A DNA stretch of 64,000 nt, taken from contig NC_134030.1 in assembly GCF_964204645.1 (NCBI RefSeq), positions 20,296,210-20,360,209 on the forward strand. Direction: 5' to 3'. This stretch comes from Tubulanus polymorphus (lineage: Eukaryota > Animalia > Nemertea). Below the pieces are notes generated by a model that had not been told where the DNA came from, did no database searches, and worked only from the letters and a program-made list of their open reading frames with translations. Made by a program: the position numbers and the translations under genes. Positions 53,590-64,000 of the stretch are shown here, one piece after another. Within the stretch, counting starts at the first letter, position 1. Each line of letters begins with the position of its first letter.

Positions 53590-56500
53590 TCACGATAGTA
53601 GACACGAGCTTTTCTCCGGCACGTTGCCGTCGGCTTTTTCGATTTCGAAAATAATCGACGAGAATATCTTTGCGACGCTCTGAAAAAGAGAGAGAAAAAC
53701 GTTGTCGTTTAACGCTTTCAGTGCGTCTACACCGCCGTGCGGTGCATAAATCAGTGATGAATTTTGCTAATACACCGCACTGCGGTGTATTAATGTAATT
53801 AGATTTTATCTCTATTGAAAGATGGCAGCACCTGTCAAACATAGTGAAATATTAGTAACTAACGATACACCGCACCGCAGTGTAGATGCACTATAGTGGT
53901 ATTCCCATTATTAAACACACTAGGGTGGAATTTTAAAAAATTTCAAATTATCTCCAGCACAAGAGATTATTAATTAGTCAGCACTGAAAGGGTTAAACTC
54001 CCGAAAAAAAAAAAAAACGAAGTCCGGCCGACCTCTGTGAAAGTTCTCCTGACACAACAAATGTCAAATTTCAATATACACCGACTGAACACCTATACTG
54101 TATTGCGAACACCTACACATACACATCTCATGTTTCCTTATAGCGAAAAATGAACATTTTCTAAGGTGCCAAATGTATATTCTACCTCACTCAGTATATT
54201 AAACACAACACCGCTGATTATATGTTTCGACGCAGGCCTTATGTCAAATTTCAATATACACTGACTGAACACTGTATTGCAAATTTCTGTGAGAGGCAAC
54301 CTTATAGCGAAAAATGAATGTTTTCTAAGGTGCCAAATAATAATAATATTTCATGCAAATGCAAATGAACACATATCGTCATGCTACAGTCAACATTTTA
54401 GAGGTGATTGGTTGATTAAAAGGCAATTAAGAGGGAAATCGCTGAAGAAAGCCACCCTTGGCAAATGCAATATGCAAAATGTAATGAATTTCCCAAATAT
54501 TTCCCTGATTTGAGGAAAATTTTTCAAATTCCCAAATATTTCCAAGCCGGGAATTATCTCAAAATTCCCAAGTTTTTCCCAATTTCCCTGTATTGTGGGA
54601 ACCATGAATGAAGTTTGAAGGACGTCACTAGGAGTGGCTGAATGGTCTGTATCTAACTATAGCGAACACCTCCCTCCATTGGGAACATCTTACTCAGAAC
54701 ACATCACTAAATTGTCTCTGACAATCACACGGATAGACTGACCTGATTTTCTTTCGCCGACGCTTCCAGAAATGCCGCTTTCCACTGATCAGCCACCTTT
54801 TTTCCATCTTCAAAACTAACGACTCTACAAGAAATCAACCAGAGTAAATTGAATAAGACAACAGTTTTGATCAATTCAACAAAGGCTACCGTACGAGCAT
54901 TCTGATTCTTACCTTTCCATTCTAAGATCATTTTTGTTTCCACAGAGAAGTAAAGGAACCCTGAAATAGTTAAAACTGGCTTGAATCAAGGCTATAAAAC
55001 GGAGAGTGCTACGCTATTAGTAGATTCAGTCGCTCAATGATATAAAGCATGATGCTGTTGCATTCGTTATCAGTGCCGAGTGACAAGTAGGTTCGAGTCC
55101 TGCTGGCTGCTTACAGTGTGCGGGCAACACTTCAGAGGCTGTGGAAATGGTCATGTTGAATGAAGCTGAATGAACAATCCGATAGGATTAATCTTGGGAA
55201 TGATCGGAAACTTGACTCAGTTCCCCAGTTGTGCAGGTTTAATTTGACTATGAATCTAGTTCCACAGTTGTGAGGGTTTAATTTGACTCTGGATCCAGTT
55301 CCACAGTTGCGTGGATTTCATTTGACTCTGGATCCAGTTCCACAGTTGCGTGGATTTCATTTGACTCTGAATCCAGTTCCACAGTTGCGTGGATTTCATT
55401 TGACTCTGGACCCAGTTCCACAGTTGTGTGAGTTTAATTAGACTGAGGATCGAGTTTCACAGTTGCGTGGATTTCATTTGACTCTGGACCCAGTTCCACA
55501 GTTGCGTAGACATTTGAATAAAACATACTTACTGTTTTCCCGTCATATCAATCAATTTCTCATGAATTACTTTCACAACCTCGAAGCTGAAATATGAAAA
55601 GAGCAGAATTTCATAACATGAGCTCGACACTGACCTACATACTAGTGACATGATATGTTTAATCGAAATAATGATAGAAGTCTATGGATCTTGAGACTTT
55701 GTTGAGAAAATTGGAAGTTCCAGACAGTTCAGGCAAATGAACAAGATCCCAAATTACGACTTTCAAACACTCTTAGCTTCACTTAACCCTTTCAATGCGT
55801 CTACATCGCAGTGCAGTGTATAATTCAGTGATGGAATTTGCTAGTACACCGCACTGCGGTGTATTGATGTAATTAGTAATTATCTCTCTTGAAAGACGGC
55901 AGTACATGTCAAACATAGTGAAATATCAGTGACTAACGATACACCGCGCCGCGGTGTAGACGCACTATAGTGGTATTCCCGTTGCTCAACACACTAGGGT
56001 GGAATAAATGAAAATTTTAAAATTATCTCCAGCACTATTGGGTATTATTTATAAGTCAGCACTGAAAGGGTTAAAACGTGGCTTTTTTACGCTTTGATTC
56101 ATTTCGAAGACTATTGAACCGATGATACCGCGTAACTTTCTAGATTGAACGCAACTGATTTTACTCATCATTACGCAGTAACGTCTTTTAAAAACCGTTT
56201 CTCGAACTTACAACATGGCTGAATCAAAACTGATGCCACTGATGATAGCGTCAGATAGATGAACAAAGACCCGATGGGTAAAAAAGAACGTAAAATTGTT
56301 ACCTTTTCATCGAGTTTACGGAATATACTAAAACATAACCATCGATATTCATAGAATACGATTGCGGAAATATGGAATACTCGTCCTGAAATAAAATAAA
56401 CCGATTATTCAGACATTTTGCACGAGTTAAAGTAGTTTCGCGCTCTCGTTTAAAAACAATTACCGTTTAGAGGGAGTTTTTAAGAAATCTAGAGTCGCAT

Positions 56501-58282
56501 CAAATTATTTTGCCTGGCAAAAATTCATTGCAATTTAACCCTTTCAGTGCTGTCTAATTAATACCCTATAGTGCTGGAGATAATTTGAAAATTCTGAAAA
56601 ATCCCACCCTAGTGTGTTGAATAATGCGAATAGCACTATAAGGCGTCTACACCGCGGTGCGGTGTATCGTTAGTTACTAGTATTTCACTATGTTTGACAG
56701 GTGCTGCCATCTTTCAATAGAGATAATTACTAATTACTAATTACACCAATACACCGCAGTGCGATGTACTAACAAAATCCATCACTGCTTCGTACACCGC
56801 ACTGCGGTGTAGACGCACTGAAAGGGTTAACATTTTGATTCGCGCTGTTAATACGTACCTGGCCGGCTGTGTCGACGAGCTGTAACTGATATTCTTGGCT
56901 ACCGATCTTACAAACTTTAGAAAACGCTACAAAAGAAAATTATACGATACCGAAAACTCAGTCGACGTAAAATGATGATGAATTCGACGGGAGTTTAAAC
57001 GATCAACTTACTGTTTTCGATTGTCGGATCGTATGAATCTACAAACATACCATCTACATATTGTATAGTTAGTGATGATTTACCTGAGAAAGAGAGATTT
57101 AAATAAATTCTGAGTCAATGGGGTATGGGCTCGCAATGCCATCGTCCCTCGACAGGGATTTGAACCTACACTTGGGACGCTACACTCAGCCAAGGCACGA
57201 CCCCTGGCGAGGGCCACGCTAATGTCTATTTCAACCTTACTTGAGAGCATTCCCGGTGGCCTAGCTCGCTCATTTTGGTAGTACATACCTGATAAAGGTC
57301 TTAATAGGACCAGAGAGGACAAGCAGTCGACCTAAATCATCATTTTTTAATCCATTTGAAACTGTATTGAAGGATATCTCAAAAGTCTTCACTGAAAGGG
57401 GTTAAATGTAGAGAATTGACTCCATGATTTGAAAGTTTAACAATATGTAACAGTATGGAGTGAAATTGTTAACCCTTTCAGTGCGTCTACACTGCAGTGC
57501 AGTGTATAAATCAGTGATAGATTTGCTTGTACACCGCACTATGGTGTATTGATGTCATTAGTAATTAGTAATTATCCCTCCTGAAAAATGGCAGCACCTG
57601 TCAAACATAGTGAGATATTAGTAACTAACGATACATCGCACCACAGTGTAGACGCACTATAGTCGTATTCCCGTTATTCAACACACTAGGGTGGAATTTT
57701 TCAAAATGTTCAAATTATCTCCAGCAGTATAGGGTAGTAATTAGTCCGCACTGAAAGGGTTAAACTTTCAAATCATGGAGTCTCTTTTCTCTCATGAACC
57801 CCTTTCAATAAAGACTTATTGGATATCCTTCAATACAGTTTAAAGTGGATTAAAAATCTATGTTTTAGGTCGACTGCCAGTCCTTTCTTGTCCTACCAAG
57901 ACCTTTATCAGGTATGTACTACCAAAATTGAGTGAGCTAGGCCACCCGGAATGCTCTCAAGTCAGATCGAAATAGACATTAGACCGGGCGCGCAGCCTTG
58001 CCTTGCGAAAACTTACAGCGCCAATCAGATCGCTCATTGTATAATCGCTCAGCAGAGGCTGAGGTAAATCACGGAAGAACTATATGGAAAAACCCGGGCT
58101 AGAATAAAACCCGATATCTGAATTGTAAAGAATGACATCCGGTCTAGTGTGACAAGGGAAAATAAAATGATTCGACTGTGAATGTTTTCTGTGAGTGTTT
58201 AGCTACAGTGAGTGTGGTCCTCTTCTTACTTACCGACGGATCGGAATCCCATGATGGCTATTTTTCTCTGTCTGGGCGGCAT
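53590..58282 (-). CDS. Rheb: Rheb small GTPase (TORC1 activator), 181 aa, 8 exons
   Basis: Exons 58234-58282, 57012-57083, 56859-56926, 56303-56385, 55533-55586, 54913-54960, 54743-54824 and 53590-53679. Protein [42 protein letters not shown]...DTAGQDEYSIFPQSY...GNKNDL...EASAKENQ...KSSCLLS*. The Rheb-diagnostic G1 Arg (GFRSVGKS), the effector loop YDPTIENT and a CAAX box are all present. Confidence 0.97.
55250..55506. repeat. Tandem repeat, 39-bp unit
   Basis: ggatccagttccacagttgcgtggatttcatttgactct. Confidence 0.9.
57222..57979. mobile_element. Foldback element with a piggyBac-type MITE inserted at its centre (Rheb intron 1)
   Basis: cTA-ATGTCTATTT...AAATAGACAT-TAg; imperfect inverted arms of about 220 bp flank the MITE at 57469-57763. 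Confidence 0.8.
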
Positions 58283-59376
58283 GACGGCTCTAAACAACAC
58301 CAACAACGCTCGCGAAATCTTCGATATTCAATAAATTCACGACTCAATCCAATCACATTTCTCCGTCGACGCAACGAGAAACGGAAATTCGCAGAAATTT
58401 TGATGGAAATTTTCAGAAATTTTCGCGAAAGAAATTATTTTTCTAACCCGGAAGTAGCTTCCTACATACGGCAGCGATCATTTTTACGACAATTCATACA
58501 ACGCTAATTAGATTTTCGCAAATCTAATCTAAAATTTATGACCGAAGTAGAATTAATTAGAGAAATTGAGACGATTTTTTTAGTAAATAAATTTCGCTTT
58601 TAGAATTTTTCAAGAATGTCGAATATTTTGCGACAGGTATTCCCCGTCCAAGTGTCATCATCAGTCAGAGCGAAACGGAACATTTTATCCATTTTTTGGG
58701 CCTAAATTTTCCATTCACTCGCGTTTTTCAACGATGAATACGGTCTGGGATAGAATTTAAGAATATTGTCGCAAAATCCACGTAATTTCCCGCTCGTTTA
58801 ACGGATTGTTAACAGATATAGAAGAATATATTGGTGCAATATATTTGATAAAAAAGAAAGGGTTGAATTGAAGAAGTCGAAGGAACCAAGCTGTGAAGGC
58901 GAAGAATTCAACTGATGAGCCATGAGTGGAGGTTTGTATTATGTTGTCAAGTCGGCCTACCAAAATTAAGCCCTCACAATAACAATGCTGCTGTAATCTA
59001 TCAGCGACATGGCATAGACGTCCCCAGGAATTTTCATAGGTAGGGGGTTCGAATAAGCATCAATCCAGGATACACATGCGTAATGTCGGGTGTTCGGTGG
59101 GCCTCTCCCAAAAAACTTTTTGAAAATTGGAGGCTTTAGAGACGTTTTCCAGGCTCTAAATGAATCGTTTTAGAGTTAAAAGACTAGTCAAATTGGCAAG
59201 AAAAATCGTGAGCATTTAGATTAGGCCTACATAGTAGCCTAACTTGAAAAGTTAAGCTATTTCGAAAAGGGGGTCAGATCAGTGATGGATTTTGCTAGTG
59301 CACCGCACTGCGGTGTATTAACAGGAATACCACTATAGTGCGTCTACACCGCGGCGCGGTATATCATTAGTTACTA

Positions 59377-59918
59377 ATGTCTATTTATTAATTGATGAGA
59401 CCTGTTTTTCTGGGATATTTTGCTTACTTTTTGGGGTACATACCTCATTTATGTCTTAACAGAATGCCAAAAATCGCGGACAACAACTGAATATCTGATA
59501 TATTTCCAGTTCTGTACCAATTAGATGGATTGGCAAAAAGACTCCTTAAGTCCAGTTTAATGAGAGAGAAAATCCTCCATTTTGTCAAATTTCTTGGATT
59601 TGAACATTGTTACCATGCCTACGCCACCCTGATTTAGTTGTTGAGACCCCACAAGAAAAATAACTTCATTTCGTAGGCATGGTGACAATGTAAAAATTCA
59701 AGAAATTTCACAAAATCGAGGATTTTCTCTCTCATTCAATTGGACTTAAGGAGTCTTTTTGCCAATCCATCTAATTGGTACAGAACTGGAAATATATCGG
59801 ATATTCAGTTGTTGTCCGCGATTTTTGGCATTCTGTTAAGACATAAATGAGGTATGTACCCCAACAAGTAAGCAAAATATCCAAGAAAAACAGGTCTCAT
59901 CAATTAATAAATAGACAT
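59377..59918. mobile_element. Near-perfect foldback element (arms of about 250 bp) inserted into a piggyBac-type MITE
   Basis: cTA-ATGTCTATTTATTAATTGATGAGACC...GGTCTCATCAATTAATAAATAGACAT-TAg; MITE sequence resumes on both sides. Confidence 0.88.
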
Positions 59919-60118
59919 TAGTATTTCACTATTTTTCACAGGTGCTGCCATTTTTCAAGAGAGACAATTACTAATTACAGCAATACACTGCAGTGCAATG
60001 TACTAGCAATATCTATCACTGATTTATACACCGCACTGCGGTGTAGACGCGCTGAAAGGGTTAAGTCTTCATGAATTTTCGATTTTACGTATAGAATTTT
60101 AGTTCGTTATAATTTCAG

Positions 60119-60254
60119 ATTCGGAAATCAACGAGATCTCGATTCTGATGAACGATAGGGCGTGGCACGATATCGACGGAGGTTTGGCGGCTGATTTCGA
60201 TGGTTCGCTGTCCGGACTCGGCGTCGAAATCGGCGCTAACGCGTATAATATGAG
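60119..60254 (+). CDS. Probable exon of an unidentified gene transcribed away from Rheb
   Basis: tttcag|ATTCGG...ATGAG|gtatgt; open frame SEINEISILMNDRAWHDIDGGLAADFDGSLSGLGVEIGANAYNM; GC-rich unique sequence between repeats. Confidence 0.5.
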
Positions 60255-63200
60255 GTATGTATTAAAACCCTTTCAGTGCTCGTCTAATTGTTACCCTTAA
60301 CAGGGGCGGATTTAAGGGGCGGTCTCGTGGATCCGGATCCCTGCCCTCACATTGACGTTGCCCCTTTTATCAATTCAAAGATCATCATTAAAACCTGTAA
60401 ATTTCACCGATCTTTTTGGAAATTACATATTTTCGTGACGTATTTTTTCAAAAATATCTAATAACAAAGGTGGACCTCAATAATAGTCCATGGAATATCT
60501 TAATAATGTCTCCTTTTCTTATGGACACCGGCCTTCAAAATTTCCTAGATTCGTCCCTGCTTCGTGCTGGAAATGATATGAAAATTTTCAGCAAATTGCA
60601 CCCCGGTGCGTTGTCTGACAAGGCATACCGCGTTTACGCTGCTTTCATCAGTTCCTGATGTTTACCGTGTTTGACACGTGCTGCCATCTGTTGATAGAAA
60701 TTGTACTTATTATTCATCTCACGTCGATATACCGCAATACGGAGTACTAGCGAAGTCCATCACCAATTTATACGTCGCACTGTGGTGTAGATGCACTGAA
60801 AGGGGAAACCCAGTCATACATCCGCCCTCAGCAGGCACTGAGGCCGAGGACGGATGTACGACTGGGTAACCCCTTTCAGTGCAGCTACACCACAGTGCGA
60901 TGTATAGATTGGTGATGGACTTGGCTAGTACACTGTATTGCGGTACAATCGGCTGCTGGATCAGTCTGAGTTTTGAAGATTGTTTAGAATTGTTTTATAT
61001 AATCCCCGTAGGACCCATCGTCACAAGTATAATTGGGTATTCAATTACGAATGCGGTTTTGTTACCATTCCAGCCTATTTGCATCTTCACCCGTCAAGGG
61101 ATTCGAACCCACTACGCTAAAGCTGTTCCCCGAACCCCTTGACCTCACGAGTCGTTGGAGTCGTTACTAGCCGACCAGAATCCGGTCGTACCAATCACAG
61201 CGCTTGTAACAAACCGACAGTAGACTTCTGTTGGTTTTCCCGTTAAATGGACCAAAGTATTTCGCAAATCGATATATGACGTCATGCGCAACAGCGCCAG
61301 TAATGAAATCACGCTTCGTGAGGCCAGGGGGCTGGTGGAAGCGAGTTCGGGAGTGATACTGGACCCCTGGCAAGCAAGGATGGCCCATTTGGGACTTTCG
61401 TCCTAGCAGGTGTCAAATGGTGAAATTATATAGTATTTCCATTTTTATTGGGATCTATCTAGTTACCGCATTCAATTGCAAAGTTGTAGCTCGTGAAATC
61501 TTCTATGATTGTGGTGAGTTTCGAGGTTGTTGTTTCTGTATATGTTCACCAGGGGGCGTTGAATTTTCAAAATGTCAGATTGTCGAGCATTTCGAACCAC
61601 TTTCCAATTGGGTGTGGTTTCCCCGTACCCTAAGCAGCCTGGCCGTTCATCAAAGGTAACAATTCATTTAGCCTATTACTCCTCAAGCCCCCCGAATCCA
61701 CCCTGACACTTTTTTCATGGGGTGGGTTAAATCCTTAACCAGGTTATCAACCACCTTAGTAAAAATGAAAAACCAAGGTATAATAATTCATTAATTAGAA
61801 CACAAAATGTTTCTGGCTAGGACTATTTTGGCCCCACATCTACGAAACTCAGTTCTGGGATAAGCTTCACTCAAGGAGAATCAACTCTAACCTAGATTAT
61901 TCCTCAAGCCGCCCAAATCAGCTTTAACTCCTTATCTGCCACACAAAAACTGTTATACACAGTGGGATTCAAATCCATAAGCAGAGGATGAACAAGACAT
62001 CAAAATCCCGTACAGAAATCAACATCTTCCTGTGCGAAATTCTCGAGTAGGCTATTTGGGGTACGAACATGACGGATCTGAGCGCTCACTTATATCCAAG
62101 GTCTACTGGGCAAAATGTCCGCATTTTGGTGGCCTGCCTCATCAAATCTTATATCATATGAAAGCATAGTGTGTTTACAAACAAAATGAACTTGAACTTG
62201 CAATACGTGAAAATAAACTGGAGCTGATTCTGTATCGTGATTGATGTCAATTTTCCCTTGAAATCTTTGAGGAGTAATAGACACTAATAGACACTACATA
62301 GCTAAATTCCTGAGTGCTAATGGGTAAGGTTAACCCTTTCAGTGCGTCTACAGCGCAGTGCGGTGTACAAATCAGTGATAGATTTTGCTAGTACACCGCC
62401 CTGCGGTGTATTGATGTAATTAGTGATTAGTAATTATCTTTCTTGAAAAATGGCAGCACCTGTCGAACATAGTGAAATACTAGTAACTAACGATACACTG
62501 TGTAGACGCACTATAGTGGTATTCTCGTTATTAAACACACTAGGGTGGAATTTTTTAAAATTTTCAAATTATCTCCAGCACTATAGGGTATTGATTAGCC
62601 AGCATTGAAAGGGTTAAATCCATGACAAGCTCACAGTTTCATCTGTGTCATCCGTTAGTAGTGCCTGATATTTGATAAGCTCGCGCGCGCGCATTTATAC
62701 GACCTAAATTCGTATTTTTATTCAACCACACAAAAGGACCCGAAACGTCGATCTCCGGCAGGCGTTATCTCAATCAATATTTGCGATCACTCGACGATGT
62801 ACGCGCGATCTGATAATTTTCCATAAACACTTTCGATATATAGCGCTGACCACGATCGGTTGGCGATTTGCCAGACGTCCTGTTTACGCGAAAACGAGTG
62901 TTCGAATACTACACGTTGGCTCGTTGCCAATACCGCGGTTGCGGTTTTTCGCGTTACGAAATTTTTGCAGGGATTTTTCGAAGGTGAACCCGGTGTCCTT
63001 GTGCCCCCTTTTTCGCGTAAAGCGGTTCCATTTAACGGATATCTGTTGATAAATCTCGAGTTCAAGGCATTTTTATTTGATAAGCTATGATCGTAGTAAA
63101 TTTGAGTTTCCATTACGCCTACTCAAAGGTTTGCGGGTTAAGCAAATCACGAAAAATGGTTTTAAAGGAGTCGACTAAGCGTTAGTTTGTGGAGGAAAAA

Positions 63201-64000
63201 ATGTTAAGGTCCCGATTTTGTGCTTGCTCAAAAGTTGGTTCGAGTTGACCAGTGGATAGTTGACATAGTGACAATTAAAAGTTTATCGTTACTATGGTAT
63301 CTATCCACTGGTTATCTTTAACCAACTTTTGAGCGACTGGTCCCTGATTTTGTACTCGCCTTGCACTTAAATGTCATAAATGTGCCGCCGATTGCTACTT
63401 TTTGGTTTAGTCCCACGAGCCATCTGAAAATCTTTGTCACATCATGTGTAGTGCTAATATGATCAGTTAATCAAGTGCACGTCACTTTTGGGACATATGA
63501 CATGTTCTAGACATTTGACATGTCCTAGTGCATGAGTAACACAAGTGATATTGTAATGGTTTGACAAATCATAATGACCAGTTACAACGTCTATCATGGG
63601 CGCAATTCAATAAAACAGTGCATTTTTCAATACATTTTCCGCGTCTAAAGTCTTGTTTATGTTTACTTTAGTTTAAACCTCACCGCGCTAAACCGTGCCA
63701 AATCATCCGTAGAGAATGCTTTGAATTCGGCATAAATCAATTATTCATCTGTAAAACCGCCTTCAGGCAAGTTACGTCCCTACCACAGCTGAATCAATTA
63801 AAAATGCGTTAGGTTTATGTTCAGCCATGTTTTAAGTCGAACGTAAGCCGCGATCATGCAGAGATGATTTAGCCTTAAATCTAAATTTGGCCCGTGTCTA
63901 ATAAAAGATCGTGTTCACGCAAACCACTCACTAATGACTCTAAAGTGACAAAGTGAAGTGAGGCCCGGGCCCAACATGCACAAGTCCATTTGGTAGTTCC

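Noticed and set aside
55020-55110. tRNA-like B-box sequences (also about 52580, 57150 and 61095)
   Set aside because: No complete cloverleaf can be drawn; at most these are tRNA-derived SINE remnants
58178-58507. 109-aa plus-strand ORF with an apparent signal peptide and basic sites (neuropeptide-like)
   Set aside because: It starts at GTG and is antisense to Rheb exon 1 and its promoter; it is likely a shadow ORF

Overview
AT-rich, repeat-dense animal genomic DNA with GT-AG spliceosomal introns. It is probably from a marine lophotrochozoan; this is inferred from the gene families, not determined. Most of the ORF track is repeat-derived noise, so genes were rebuilt by hand from splice signals. 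(1) The 5' part of an NCAM/Fasciclin-2-like Ig cell-adhesion gene on the minus strand (28297 to 99, continuing off the left edge), with an 18.5-kb first intron and a pair of duplicated, frame-incompatible exons for the second half of Ig1. (2) A secreted PAN/apple + EGF-remnant + LamG/ConA-like gene. (3) Two intronless class A GPCR paralogues in tail-to-tail orientation. (4) A Penelope-like element remnant and several minimal hammerhead ribozymes. (5) A frameshifted ATP13A/P5B-ATPase fragment. (6) A small secreted precursor made of a signal peptide, a cationic 6-Cys beta-hairpin-like peptide, an RxxR site and an acidic EF-hand pair, with a kappaB-like/TATA promoter; this is the best candidate for an undescribed system. 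(7) A complete 8-exon Rheb gene. (8) One orphan exon of a probable gene divergent from Rheb. The rest is a TTAA-flanked piggyBac-type MITE family, other MITEs and foldback elements, and satellites, several of which visibly derive from transposon ends.
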